A stretch of DNA of 64,000 nt from Spirogloea muscicola (lineage: Eukaryota), in assembly GCA_009602725.1 (NCBI GenBank), contig WELB01000007.1:1254310-1318309 (forward strand). Reading direction: 5' to 3'. Below are positions 1 through 14,100 of the stretch, piece after piece (positions within the stretch are counted from its first letter, which is position 1; the number at the start of each line of letters is the position of its first letter). The notes below the pieces were generated by a model. That model saw nothing but the letters and a program-made list of their open reading frames with translations, searched no databases and was not told the DNA's origin. A program made the translations under genes and the position numbers.

Positions 1-3000
1 ACCCTGCTGGTTCTGCATCCAGTCCTCCAATGTCAGGCACATCGAGAACACAACTTGTAATCTCTTCAAGCAGGATCTCGCTTGTAATAAGACCTGTTGT
101 TGTTGCCTGATATTCAGGTTCGCCTCGGGAGCTCATCAGCACGTGACGAAGGTGCCAGCACCGCAAACGCTGGTCAAGACCTGCTGAGAAAGCCAACCTG
201 CCGTCTGTCCAGACTCCTGCAGTGGCATGCAAAGAAGCAGATATTGCATAACGGACAGAAGGTCTTAGTCAACACTCGTCCATGTATGTATCCCAATGCA
301 AGTCTATGAGCAGCATGCACCTCATGCCAGCAATACATGCTAAAGTGGGCTATCTGCCACTCTGTGCTGCACCCTGTGCTGCAGAGCTTTTACTTGTGAT
401 GGTGAATTCATGGCAGAGCATACCTTTCACAGAAGACAAGTGCGCATTCGCAAGTGATCTGCGATGAATGCAGTGCACCACCATCTGCTGGGAGTCCAAG
501 CCAGCTTCAAGCAGCAAATGTTGGACATCCTGGCCTTGAGGAGCTGCCTGAGAAGCCATATTTTCGCAATTTACTTGCAGCACAGCCAAATGAATAGCTT
601 GGTCATCACCGCCAGTCACTAGAGTCAGTTGCCCCCCCGGAGTCATGAGCCCATCTTGCTGCTGGTTGTTTAGCTGCTTGCAGCTCAGGCTCCAATGAGT
701 GGGAGCCATGCTCAAGCTATTGATGCCCGACTGATGGATGCCGTCAAGGACCAGAATGGGCCTCAGCACTGTCACGCGTCTTCCTGTCATGGCGGACGAC
801 GTTGGACAGCCCACTTCAGCTGCCCCCTGCACTCTGACCATGAAAGCCAGCTCCTGAGTGCGATCGAGGCCAGCACCTGTGGCTGTCGCATCTACACTTC
901 CTCGCGTGCATGAACTGGCTGACTGTTTGCACCATCCTTTGTTCTCTGCAGAGCCCGAGGTTTGTACAGTGGTCTTGACATCAGCTTGAGCAGGACGAGA
1001 GAGTGGAATACCACCCGGGTGACTCTGCGCTTCCCTTGACAGATCATCCCCGTGCACATCTTCCAGGTGCTGTCTCTGCCAGACGGTACGGCGTGTGCGG
1101 GAGGCTTTGGGCTGGCTCCCACCTTGACTGCCTCGGCCCCTCAGGGGAAGCCTGGCTGAAGTGGGTGGCTCAGAAACAAAGGACTCAGTGTTCGACAGGA
1201 AGAAGTTGACAGAGGATGTAATGTCCCAGATGGCGGCAGCACCATCAGTGGCGCCGCTGCAGACGATGAATGCCAGATCCTCCAAGCGGTGCCCCTCTGC
1301 AGCAGAAGACAAAAAACACATGTAGGTACAGTCTTGATTAACTATTGTTATCACCATGCTCAATGCTTCTTCCAAGCTCAGCTGCATCAGGATGACCATG
1401 CTCACACAGCTCTTACCAAGCAGATCTTCATGAGGTTGCTTATTCAACACTTTGTGCTTCCTCTTGGAATATATGACGTGCGCGAGTGAGAGCACAGGAG
1501 CTGCATGATGACATAGTGCGGCAAGGAGGTGCCTGGCTCAAGGAAGACAAATACACACCCATGAGTAGCCCCTTGCGATACTTACGACATTGAGCTCAGC
1601 AAATGGACGACTAGCCATTAGCCTATGAGCCACATCACTAGTGTCTATTGCTCCTCCCACCCAACCTCTGCTTGGGCTTCTTAAGCACTTCATGTGGCAT
1701 AGAGAGCTCGCCTTTGCAGTCCACTATGGTGCAAGCTTTGGCTTGTTTGCAAGTCAAAGTAGCGCCCCTATTCTCAGCTCCTGGATTATATGGACCAGTG
1801 CTTCATGAGCAACAATTATCTTACCATGTATCTGTTGCAGCATGGAACACATGGAGTCGAAGTTGAGCGTCTGAGACGGCTGCAACGATGTATACAATCA
1901 ATGATCTGCACGCAGTGGCCAATATCCGTGCCCTCAGAAAGAGTAGTGCACATGACAGCAATAATGCACCCAGAATTATATGTCAATAGGAGGGTGAGAA
2001 TGTGCTTGGAAGAAGACACTGATATACCTACTCCTATTCGTTATTCAGGTCACTCATCAAGGTCCTCAACTGCGTGTCAGCAAAGAGTGTGACTCACCGG
2101 GACTGTATGCTGCCAATACTGAAAGCTGTAATTGCCATAATACGGTGGTCATTCTGCTCTTGCCTAGTGTTGGGAGCACTGTGAATGGGCGGCAGCTCTT
2201 GCTTTTTATATCCTGAACCTCCCTCTTTCACAGCATTGCCTACCTTGTGAGGTGAGCCCCCATCAGGAGAAGCATGTAAGTCGTCCACTGACATGCCCGC
2301 GGCTTTCAGTGTTAAGCTCTTCCTTGGCCTTGCTGGTCTGAAAGTGCTAACCCAACCCGAAACAAGCTGACAGGGTCGTGGCTTTAAGAGAGGGCTGACT
2401 TCCGGCATAAGCAAGCCGACATCTTCCTCTGCAACTTGCACCCACTCATGCGACCAGCAGGCCATGCCTTCCTTGGCTCCCGCGGTCACGGTGATCACGG
2501 ACGGTCTGATGGCCTGTCCATCTGCTGATGGCATCATATGAAATGGTACAACACTTCCACCTACCACATGGCCAATCTCTGCGGCCACAGCACTTGCTCT
2601 TACAGGTGCACCACCTGCCAGCTCTCCTAGCACTTTTGCTGAGCACAGCTTTTGCTGACTGGTCCTTGCATCTGGAATGTATCTTCACAAGCATGCACCA
2701 TAGTAGAGTGCACATCAGAGTAAGGCTTTTGACAACTTGCAAGATATGCAGATTGGAGTATACCAAGAAATTGTTCTTGGAAATACCAAGAAGATGGTCC
2801 AGCTATTCAGTATTGGGGTATCAAGTACGATAGACAAGGATAAGCATTTCCCACTCTGCATATGAATGTCAAGCATGCAGAGCCAATCATCTCTTGCTCA
2901 CTTGATGGTCCTCACTGTACCATCTTCTGATCCTGTCAAGATATAGGACATCTGAAGCTGGCCACTTCCTTCTGTACTGTGCCTTGCTGGTGGCCTTAAG

Positions 3001-6000
3001 AAGGAAGCAGTATGTATCTCTCTCCCATGATATTGGAGCTGAAAAGAACGTGGGTGTACAAGCTGCCCACTATAACAAGCTTCTTGGTGCGGAGGATTGG
3101 GCGGAGATCTGGGTACCTCACGATGTATATGAATCTTTTGATCCTGCCATGTGAATTAAATTAACTGCACATCATTAGTAGGAGTCAATAACTTGCCAAA
3201 TCATTCATTTGAAACAGCTTCTGAGTGCATATTCCATGTATCCTGTGCGGCTCTCCAACTCTAAGTAGGGTTATGGTCACAATGGTGACTGTATGTTGCT
3301 GTTGGTTGTGCATGTTCACTGATACTGTTTGCCAGTATGCTATAAAAATACATCAAAAAAGTTTGCATATTGCACGACTGATGAAGGTGCAAGCAAGTCT
3401 CAATTTTCTGCTATACAAAAAGGTCTTTGAATGAGAAGGAATGTGACACCATCTATAACGGCACAAGGAGTGAACCTTGAGATATGCAAAACATTGGCGG
3501 AAGGCTTGTATATTATCCACATTTATAGAATGTGGGCGATTCCACCCACCACAGGGGACACGCAGGAGCTTCACAAGAAACCACTGTGTATTAATGGCTA
3601 CCTGACCAAAACATCTGATGGACTGGATATCATTTCAAAGACAGTGATGCCCTGCCCTTTGTGGCAGGCTTCTTAAACAAGCTGCTGATTTAAAAAAAAT
3701 TCAGGAAGCAAGAATTACAGAGAGCAATCAGCTACATGAATCTCCGTCAGACTTGCTTACCTCAAGTTGGCTGGAAAGGCTCCAAATGACAAAATCAGAT
3801 GCAGAGAAGCCTACTGCCATGCGCTCATGATCATTCTCCTCTATCTTTGGCATGCCTCGTATTGTCACCACAGCTTCCACTACTGTGATCCCTGGCACCG
3901 GCTCGACCCTAAGACATGTCATTGCTGCCGGCTTTTCTGTAGATGCTCGACTGGAATAAACATGGTGGCATATGCAGCCATCTCTGCCCGTCTACGCAAG
4001 GTGATCAATACTGGGGATTAGCTGGCATGCAGGGAACATAGTAGGCCATAATGCTAATTAAGATGGTTCTGCAGATCAAGATATGGCACTCATGACTATT
4101 GCACAACTGCTGATAAAGTAGCTGCAACTCATGCTTGATATGATTTCTGTGCAACGAGCCTGCTCACCGAGGAAATGTTGATTTTCTCAACATCACGTAT
4201 GTTATTTGGAATTGCGACTGACAGAATCGCCGAAATACCATGTGCAGCTTTAGTCACGGCCACAAGTGTCGGCAGAGATTTGGCAAGCTCTGCAGCTGGG
4301 CAAGAGAACACAAGGATGTTGCTTTTCTGGTCGCCACAAACAAGAAGCTGCGCAAGGAAAGCAAGTGGAGGGTATCCTTGGGGCTGAGAGGATGACTGTG
4401 CCTCCACGAAGAATGACTGTAACTCCACCATCTAATAGCCAATCAGAGCAGACAAAAGCTTTGCTTGGCAGCCAAAATGCATCAAAGAGAAGCCCGCCTG
4501 CAAGTACCTAAGTGCAAAAACTCAAGGCCACAGCTATGTACCTCCTCATTCTTGCACACGTCCAGACACAAGATACGTGCCCCATAAGGCGATGAGAAAG
4601 TAAAAGCTCTTGTTGGAATGAGTAAGGGATGACGTTGCACAGTCTTCTCTTCCTCTGACTTGATAAGCCTCTCAAGTGCCCACCACGTCAATGTACCAAA
4701 AGGATCCGTGGTAAATACTGTCCTGTGAGACAACAAAGATCAACTTACATCATAAAGCTGTGGAAGCTAGAAATCTCATTCACCCAAAAGATCAAGCTGC
4801 ATATCAAGTACAACACTTCCAACCGGTAACGTAAGACTCCCCACTCTCGTCCTTGCTCCAGTGGCAGCAGTCCTCTAGCTCTATAGCTATTGCAAACTGA
4901 TGCCTTAGAAGAAGTAAGCAGACAATCACTACGCTCTCTCATGTTCTTGCGGCAGCCATCTCTTCGCTCAACACTCAACTTACAATGGCCAAAGCGAGCA
5001 AGCACTGATGTGCCTCATAGTAGGGACTTTGCAAACAGACTCACGACCTAGCACTGAAGAAGTTGGACTCGGACATGGAATGGTCTTCACCTGTTCCCTG
5101 CTTTCCTGCAGAAGAACGTCCCAAGAAGCTGCCGTTGGCCATAGCATTGCCACGTGCAACTCCAGATAATCTGAAACGCTGCCTCAGCACTCATGCAGAC
5201 GGCAGTTGCATACCCCATTCCATCTCCATAGGCGATTGTGTGCATCTCAGCAACACCTTCAGTTGACTCTCCAGGGTACGCAGGTGACCTCAGTGCAGCA
5301 ACTTTAATGCTGCAAGATTCTGTACATGCTGGAGCTGCTGACAAGTTGTGCTCATAACACCCATTGAGAACATCCATTGTGACTATGGGACCTCTCCCTG
5401 CCTCAAGAACCGCTGGTACAATTGTTGCCCACTGAGCTGTGGCAATTGTGTAGCGATGTAAGAGGCCCAGATTGGTGGCAACATAGAGAATATGATAATT
5501 TGCCAGCGCCAAGCACCGTACATACTCAGTCTTACTGCATAAACCATAACAAGCACTGATCGGTCTACATAATCAAGTATAGGCCTACTTCAGGTTGAGA
5601 TGTTGTAGAAGTTGCACTTGGCTGCTCAGACATGCACCTTGCAGTCACGACCAAGCAATAAACGGAGAGACCTCTACCTGCATTTATGCTCCACATCAGC
5701 TTCATGGTGCTCAGAAGAGCGGTCTACTTTGATTGCCAAAGGATCAGCAACAGAAATATGAAAATCAGCTGCTTTATGATGGCCTGACTGCTGATGTTCA
5801 GCTGTTGCAGCAGCAAGTGCGCCTGTAAGTGCCTGTGTGGTAAGGATGTGCACTTTAATGGAGGCATCTGCGCCCCCCGTCAGTAAGCAAGTTGTTGTAG
5901 GATCATATATGCATCTCCATATAGCTCGGCCCCTGCAGAAATTATCCAAGCCCACCTTGGTCTTCTGATTAAGATGGCCAATGGAGCTTGCTATACATGA

Positions 6001-9000
6001 AGTGATGCCAGAGTGGCCACCAGCTTAAGTACTTCACTGAACATGGACTTACTCAAGGCAGCAATCACTATAACAGTGTCATGTAAGAACGACAGTCGGT
6101 CAACATATCCACAGTATCCTGTGACAACCACTCATCAGTATATGAGTACACAAATATCTGAACAGAACCGTCAAAATGCTACAACGCACTGGTGGCCGCG
6201 GATGATGCGCAGGAGGTTGCCAGATCGTGTCCAGACCCGACAAGTGCAGTCCTCGCTGACTGTCACAGTAATCTGCATCAAAAATCAGCACCAAAAAGTG
6301 GCATGTAAGGGAGTACCATCTCTCCAACTACCTTGCAAAGGCGAAAGTGTCAGTGTCGGCAGTAAGGAAGACAGCAAGAGGGCTTTGTAGTGAGCACTTC
6401 AAGTCGACATTCTAGGGAGCAACAGACCTGCTCATTTACTGCACAATCCCAAAGTCGCGCCGAGTGTCCAAAGAGGGCAGGCCCTGGCTCGCAACTTGGT
6501 GCCTCCAATTGGCTTCCACTGAAGCGCCACATTCTTGCGCTGCATTTCAGCGCAAGAACTGTGTGAATCATGTGATCCCCATTACAAGCGTCAGGTGCAG
6601 ATGTGCGTGCTGTCTCTGATGAAGGCCATAGTTTGACATTTAGGTGCCACTGTTGTGACAAAGGCATCAACAAGGGTGCAACTTTACTCCTTCAAGTTAA
6701 AATGTTAGGCGACCCCATCGTTAGGAAGACAAAAGGTGCACCTAGTAAGAGGGATACAGTCACATTGACATCACTGAATACCTGCGATCATCTGAGGCTG
6801 ACCCCAGCAGACGCCCATTAGAGGACCAACTCAATCGGTGTATGGAGCCCTCGTGACCTTCTAGATTATGCAGTGGCACTGCGGTTCTCGTCATGCATGA
6901 AGACGCCCTTCTGGGTAGGGCCCCTTGGTGGAGCTTAAAGCTCCCCTCAAGATGTGAGGTGTTAGTTGTGAAGTCAATTCCTGTACAATCAAGTACGCCT
7001 CCTTGTGTTAGAGGTTTCTTTCCCAAGGTATGCTGGTCGATTTGGGAGGCTCCAAGAGCTGCTGCTACAACATTACCACCATGTGAGCCTGTGACCTTCC
7101 AAATTTGGACCTGCGCAACCAGAACCTCAACAATGAAATCAAGGAATGAGGAAGCGACCTTTCCTATGTTTCAAAGACTGGTAAGCACCAAGTGACATCT
7201 TGTGCAGTCCTGCCAAAAATTGATAGAACAACTGACTGTACCATGAAAACCTCATGTCACTTAGGATGCCTGCAGTACAACTTTCAGCTGTACTGAGGTA
7301 TAAGCTATCCGGTAAGCACAACTTGTCTGATGATGCATAGGTGGATGCGCCAACCTTGTTGTATATGGTCCCACCAGCGACTTTCAGTGACTCTAAAGAG
7401 GAACCCCACAAACTTAGCGAATACAGCAAACACGGCTCTGCAAAAGCAGTACAACATATGAGATTCTAGTCTTCCTTGACTTTGACTCCTGTCATATAGA
7501 CATGGCAGGTCATTGGGTGAGTCCACAGAAAAACAACCTCTGCAGACTACCCGCTGAGTCAAGAATTAGACTCAGCAGGTACTGCATTAGTTGAAACTAC
7601 GGAACAAGCTTGCCAGCACTGACATATACGTAGTCTACAATCTCAATCCATATGGCAATGGCATTAAGGACTAGTACTTCAATATTTCAAGCAAAGTGGC
7701 ACATGATGCAAAATTAGAATGACGAAGCAGTAGGAGAGCAACATTGTCTTGATTTGTTCATGTAGGCATTGCAGGCTCCTCTGCATCTGCCCAAATACGC
7801 AAAGGAAAACTCCTTGTTCCACTACAGCGCGACTATTCTGGATGACAGTACATAGCATGCTCACTTGCCAGAGCATGCCACTTGTAAGACTCTGCATGGT
7901 ATGGACCATTCCCAGATCTCAACGGTGTTGTTGGTCAAACCAACTGCAAGGAAGGGTGGCCACATTGCGCCTTCCTCGAGTACAGGCCAGTCGTCCTGAT
8001 TGATTGGAGACAAGCCAGGTCAATTAAGTCAACAGCAAGGTCTATTGATGCCATGGATGCAAGGTCACATGGCTGCGGGCCTTCTTGCGTATGCTACTAG
8101 CTAATAAAAATAACATGGTCTGATTGGCAAGGCATGATGCGACGTTGACCTGCTAATGTCTTAAGACAATGCATGGACGTGCCAAGGAATTTGCAGATAG
8201 TCAAGACCATTATCACGAGCATGACCCGGGCTTTCAGATCTGGACTTGGCAGACTGAACCATGATGAGTGGTGCTTGCAAAAGAGTTGGGAGTCTTGACT
8301 CACATACAGAAGTCTGGCGTCTAGGATCCAATGACTCAGCCTTGGCAAGCTACTCACTACCTCCAGCTCCTCCTCTTGGTCATAGCTATGTGCTGGAAAT
8401 ACTCCTACCATTTTCAGCTTCCTCTCTCCAAATACGACCACCAACTGCTTTCTCCTTGCTTTGCCCTCGCCTTGCCGACTTGGCGCAACACCTGTCCTCT
8501 CCTCAACGCTCTCCTTAAGCCCCCTCTCAGCCTGATCCCAAGTATGAGGGAAGGTCTCACCATTTCCAGGGCCATGTATACCATGTATGCGAATGCCACT
8601 GAATATCGAGCACGAATTCAGTAGCCGACCAGATTGAATGTGGTACCACAAGAGGTGACCTCCTACTCCTGCAAACAAAGAAAAGTCTCTCAGGGAATGT
8701 ATAATACTATAATTGCTCAAAGCACGTCTGCAAGCATCCCAATCACCAGAATCTCTGACCAGACCTACGACCTTCAAACCCTGAACCCTCAAACCCCTCT
8801 CATTGAAACCCCTAAGTTGGATCATACAAGGAAGGCTGTCCCAGGTGCAGTGAGTCCTGATTTAAGGCGAAATTATGACTGCTGCTCGTTGTGTGCGCCA
8901 GCTATTCATAACCGGCTAGTCTGGCCGACGAGGAAGGGGTCACCAGCTCCCAAACTGCACTCTTCAGCCTCAACCTGGACAAGAAGAGACTACTGTGCTT

Positions 9001-9146
9001 GAAGCATAGTGAGAAGGAATCAGTCACTCACCTGCTAGAAAAGTGAGCTCACGCGTTACGCTGTCCTGCTTTGTGTATGTCCAACTCACAAAACAGAGGG
9101 CGGAGACATCCCCAACATATTCGGAGTTGGTAAAACTCACAACCAT
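1..9146 (-). CDS. WDR6: WD40-repeat protein 6 / Trm734-like tRNA 2'-O-methyltransferase cofactor; multi-exon, 3' end beyond window
   Basis: Spliced exons give MVVSFTNSEYVGDVSALCF, LEGHEGSIHRLSWSSNGRLLGSASDDR, LFGHSARLWDC, GRAIWRC...LLTGGADASIKVH, FSSPYGARILCLD, VPCGGWNRPHS, HGREIH, HQSGINSL, GGDDQA and GVWTDGRLAFSAGLDQRLRCW, in the order seen in plant WDR6. The frame is still open at position 1. Confidence 0.85.
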
Positions 9147-9285
9147 TACACAAGCATCAAGAAAACCCCTCAGGGGACAGAACCCAGCCTTGATGCCCCT
9201 GAAGCTCCTCTGATTGAGCAAAGCTTCAATATCCGCGGGCTCAGAAGCTCCAGGTCGGCGCGCAAGTGCTCCCTCTGGGAGTACT

Positions 9286-10074
9286 ATGACTGGCCGGCAC
9301 ACAGGGGGCAATCAGCTGCAGCAAGCTGCGCCCGGCAGCACGTCGAGCTGTCCCAAGCTCCAGGCGAGCGCTCCAGCGTACCGGGGAGCTGAAGCGGGCC
9401 CGCAAGAGGCCGCCCGCGGCGGCGGCGGCGGCGTCGGCGGCGGCGGCGGCGGCGGCGGTGGCGGGGGCGGGTTTTGGTCCTGCACCGACGTCGCGGAGAG
9501 CTGCTTCGAGCGGCTGAGCCTGCGGTCGCTGTGCACCGCGGCGCTCGTCTGCAAGGCCTGGCACTCCATCTGCGGTGCGTCGACCGCCGCCGCAGCATTC
9601 ATTGCCGCCGCTAAGCCCAGTGCAGGCTGGACGACGAGACGTCAGATTGGTGACGTGGGTCACGTAGATTACCGTCGTCTGCTGCCGCACTGGCGGCCAT
9701 GACTGCCGGGCCCGTGTCGGCTATTGGCGGCCACCATCGAGTGCCAATGTACCAATGGCCATGCTGTTGCCACCACCATGGCAGGCTCGGAGGAGCTGTG
9801 GCGGCTCCAGCTGGAGCGGCAGCTGGGCCCCGACGCGCCGCTGCAGCTGCCGGAGCGGCGGCGCAAGGGCGGCCGCGGCGGCCACTGCCACTGGCGGCGC
9901 CTGGTGCAGGCGGCGCTGGGGCTGCCGCTGGGCCTCTCCGGCGATAGCGCCGCCGCCGCCGCCGCCGCCGGGCCTTGCCTCGCCGCTGAGGCCGTCGCAT
10001 GGTCCAGCCAGACCGACGACGCCCGCCGTGGCGCCGATGCCACGCTCGAAGACGACTCCTTCTGGGGCAGCAGG
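9286..10074 (+). CDS. F-box protein, first two exons only (rest not found)
   Basis: Exon 1 contains the F-box-like FWSCTDVAESCFERLSLRSLCTAALVCKAWHSIC. A GT..AG intron spans ~9575-9785. Exon 2 reads SEELWRLQLERQLG...AWSSQTDD...DDSFWGS, followed by a donor, a single N at 10176 and a retroelement remnant. Confidence 0.6.
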
Positions 10075-10176
10075 GTCAGCCTCGCTTCTGCTGATCGTCG
10101 CTGGCACTCCTCCTTCGCTGGCCTGCGACACCAGCATGTCCTCGACGTTGCGAACGCCGGCAACCAACCGGCCCGA

Positions 10177-10350
10177 NGCTTGCGCAGCGGGGTTGCTCTT
10201 CCTCCCCTCAGCTCATCTGACTTCCTACTGCTGACACGGGGGTATTGAGGGCGCCCTGTCTGCCTAGCCTTTGGCTCCGTCATGAACACCTGTATGCATC
10301 TGGCTGGCATTTCACAGCCGATTCTTTCATATCAGCAGCCGCTTCCTCCC
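10177..10350 (+). mobile_element. 5'-truncated 3' end of CRE-like non-LTR retrotransposon (family F5)
   Basis: Ends ...PPLSSSDFLLLTRGY* (stop at 10248), followed by terminal motif GGCTGGCATTTCACAGCC..ATATCAGCAGCCGC. The same terminus recurs on the minus strand at ~60680-60730. Confidence 0.7.
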
Positions 10351-11100
10351 CGATGGAAGTCGTTGCCAATTGTCGCCTCGTGGCCCGGGAGCGCTGACGT
10401 CGTCCTGGGCTGCCGGGTGGCACTCGGCGCCACTTGGGGCGAGCCGGCGCCTCACGGTGGGCGACGTCCAGAGCGGCGGGGCTACGGGGCGGGCTGCTTT
10501 CTCGTCTTCCGTTCGCTCCAGACGCGGGAGTCATTGGGGCGGAGCGCCGCGCACTTCCAAGACGAAGACGGGGCCGCTGTTGCGCTGGCCTCCGGCGGCC
10601 CCCGGGTCCAGGCTCCGCCGCCGCTGGCGCGGTCCATGCCAGTGCCGCAGCGGCGCTGACCCCCAGTCACCAGTCAGTGGCTCCCGCCAGTGGCTCCTCC
10701 CCGCCCGCTGCGCCGCTCCTTAGCCCGGCTCGCGCCGTGGATTGCCCCCGAGCTCCGCTTCTCGGCGCGATCCCCTTGCCCCGGCTGTGCCTCTGAGGCT
10801 CCCTCAGTGGCTCCCTTTCCGTCTGGAGCTACGGCGGAGCGGCATTGCGGTACTGCGTTGCAACGAGGCGGAGCCCCCGCTGGCACACCTCTCGCCTCCT
10901 CTGGGACCGTCCTTCAGAGTGACGCTCATGCTGGAGGTCGACTGACACGAGCCTGGCGGCCGGTTGCGAGCATGTCGTCGCGAGGCTCCCTCCTCTGCGG
11001 CTCCTCGGAACGGCCTGCTGCAGGCAGGACCCAGGCGCAAGGCTCGCGATGAGTGGCTGGCGGACCATCCAGAACGCGGCCAGAGAAGGGTGACTGTCCA

Positions 11101-14100
11101 ATGTCGTCATCATCACGGCGCCTCTCACACAAGAAGAGTGGCTCATGGCCAATGCCCCCTGGAAAACCAGCACGCTTCCTGGTTAGCAAACGATTAACCA
11201 CTTCCAATCAAGGATGAGTCTACACTTACGAGCTTCTAAGACAGTGTTGTACAGTCTGCTCTCTTTGTGATAGTGCTACTTGCCAAGCACTCATCTTCCC
11301 GGGAAATGCTGCCTGGCTCTCCAAAATTTAATCTTCTCTGCAAAGAAACACTCCTTTCCAGATAATTGTCCATGTTTGGCAGCTGCCGCTTACTTTCAAC
11401 TTCTGAGAGTAAATGCAGACAGTAAAAGGGTCAGGATGGCCCCCACAACAGTGTTGGAGGAGAAAGCTGAACTCCCATGCAAATTCACTCAAAGAGTTCT
11501 CAGTCACCTTCATGGAGGCTTTCAAGATGGTGAGCTGGTTGCTAGCCTGAAAGGGTCAGGCCATGACTTGGCGAAGCTATTGTGCCAGTATCTGTGCAAA
11601 AGTCACGTAAGACATGAACAGCTGCCAGGGGGGGGTGCATGCCTGCTGCATTGCACATTGCATGAAAGGGTGCTCGACACAGTCAGAGCACATGAATAAG
11701 CCTTGCTTGACCACTGCATAATTCGGAGCGACCTTCTTCCTGCCAATTATGCAGTTTGGACTTGGCCTGCGCTTATGGAGTTTTGTGCAGAGAGAGCGAT
11801 CCTTGGGGCGGGTGAGTTTGATCATGAGACCTGTAGCCAAGACCTGCTGCATTGAGGTCAAGTTTCTATTGCTTGCTCCTTGGGCTTGCAAAGTGAAGAA
11901 GATGTATCATGCTGGAGGACTTCAGAAGCTACTCTGTGATGTTATCAACTCAATCATGAATGTGGTAGTAGTGGTTTGCAACTGACTCTATGCTGCAAGA
12001 TTTTACGATCTTACTTAGAAGCTGACAGCAGTACAAGTGTTTTGCAGGTGCCTCCAATCGACCCTTTTAATCGTGTTGTCCAAGCACAGGCTTGTCACGG
12101 CGTACCATGTGGTGGGATGGGGTAAGAACATGCATGGCATGTCTTTGGACCTTCCTGAGTCTTTGTGAACAAGCTGCGGTGGTTGAGGTAGCTTGCCCAG
12201 ACTTGTCCATGGCCTTTCGACAGATGGTCATCATGACTAGCCCTGTTTGAGAAAGGTCTGTGTGAGTGGCGAACCGTCAACCATCTGTGTCAGTAGTACA
12301 GAAGCTCTGATTGTGGGCACCTGCAATGCTGAAGATAGCTTGCCGTGACATCTATCAGAGGGGGTAGCATGAGCCGCGGTTGGCGTGGAGATTTTCGTCG
12401 CTGGCAATTCATCCCAGGCGTTTGTGAGGAAAGTCCTGTCATGGCGGACCAGTTCTCTGTAAGCACTACTGCCTTCAAATAACTTTACTGCATGTAACTT
12501 CAAGGGACAGCCTGCACTTCACCTTCATAATGGACCAAGGAGATGCCGGTGTGTCCTTGTTTGAGTGCAATGGCATACCATGGGTTTTTTCCTCTAACCA
12601 GTACCTTAGGCCCTTGATGAGGAAGCACTGGCATCCTTAGTAAGGTGCACCATCTTAGGTGCTCAGCAGCCGCATTCCTTAGGTGCTGCAGAGTGATAGA
12701 GCAGAGGGATATGGTGAGGTAGCCGAGCACGATCATTCTAAGCAGTGCCTTCCGATGATCTGATAAGGTCTTCATAAAACGCAATAAAGGCCAGACAAAT
12801 GAGAAGACCTTTTCTTCAGTTCTCTACCCAGGAAGGCCCCCTGAAATGAAGTGAGTGATGAAAGGCAGGTCCTGAATGTGATTGTTCTGAGCATATTATG
12901 CATGACGCTGAATGCTGATCTCTCAAGTCAAGAGGCCTGCTTTCACTGTATTAGCAAATTCTCATATATTGGTAAGAGCGAGCTACTCTTGCTTGCAGGA
13001 AGGGAAAAGACGACGAGGGCCTAGGCTCATGGGACTGGAAGCTAGATGGACAGCGTTCAACATATCATGCCCTCTTCCCAAGAGCTTGGACAGTATATGA
13101 TGGTGTGCCCAAGTGCCTTTGTCAACTACTTCCTCTAGATGCATGCCTCGAGTGGCGGGGATGTCTCCGTACTTGGCCTGGAATTTCTGATCTGTAGTAT
13201 ACAACTCCTAAGTTAGAGCCTCGCCCAGGCTCCCTATTACACCTAGAAGATTGAGTGTTTCAGCACTGTCTTTGCTACCTATCCTAAAGCGTCCCGGTTG
13301 ATGGATCTGAAAGGTTCAGTGCAGAGGTTGGTGCTGTTTGAGACTTTGGGTGGTGCTTCTTTGTAAGTCGGTAGCTCTGACTGTAACTTCACCCCTTGTA
13401 CTGCTCAGGTGAACCTGATCCTGAGGTGGTGATCATGTGTACGCAAGTGTCACCTTTTTTGCCCCACAATTACAAGGAGAGCAGCTTACCAACATGTGCA
13501 TTTGCTTACATGGTAAAGCACTGCCCTTCTTGGCTGTGTGCAACTGAAGAAGGAGGAATATGCACCTTGAGGTGCAATAGCTGCTTTCATCAACTGACTA
13601 TTCGCATGCTGATGTCTGCAGCTGAACAATACTGGGAAGGACGATGCTGAGATAACTTTGTTGTTCACGTTCGAGGTTTGATCCAACGTGCTCCTAAGGG
13701 CCATCTTGGCCAGGTTGCTTAGCAGCAGTGAGCTTGTTAAGGTTACCCTGTTTCTCACAGCTTGGCAAGTGCGTTCCACAGAATTCCATTGGCAGCAATG
13801 CAACAGTATCCAGAGGAGGTCATTGCAATGAGGCTTTTGAGTAAGCCTTCAACATGGCTGCTTCCAACTGCTCGATTGCGCCTACGGCCTCACACTCCTC
13901 CAAGACACTAGGCCTAGACACTAGCACCAAATGTGTTCATTGTCTCATTCTCTTTTGTCAATAGAAGGAAGAGCATGAACCGTAGTTGCACTATTGGCAT
14001 GTAACTGAGAGCCTTTGCACATGTGGAACATGTTCTGTAGGCAACCTGATGGTGTGAAAGGCGTTATCCTACATCATAGGCAAGTCAGTCTGTCCCTTCT

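Noticed and set aside
11577..13803. Minus-strand ORFs inside GBA2 as a nested gene
   Set aside because: They overlap real GBA2 exons and introns on the plus strand and show no motifs.
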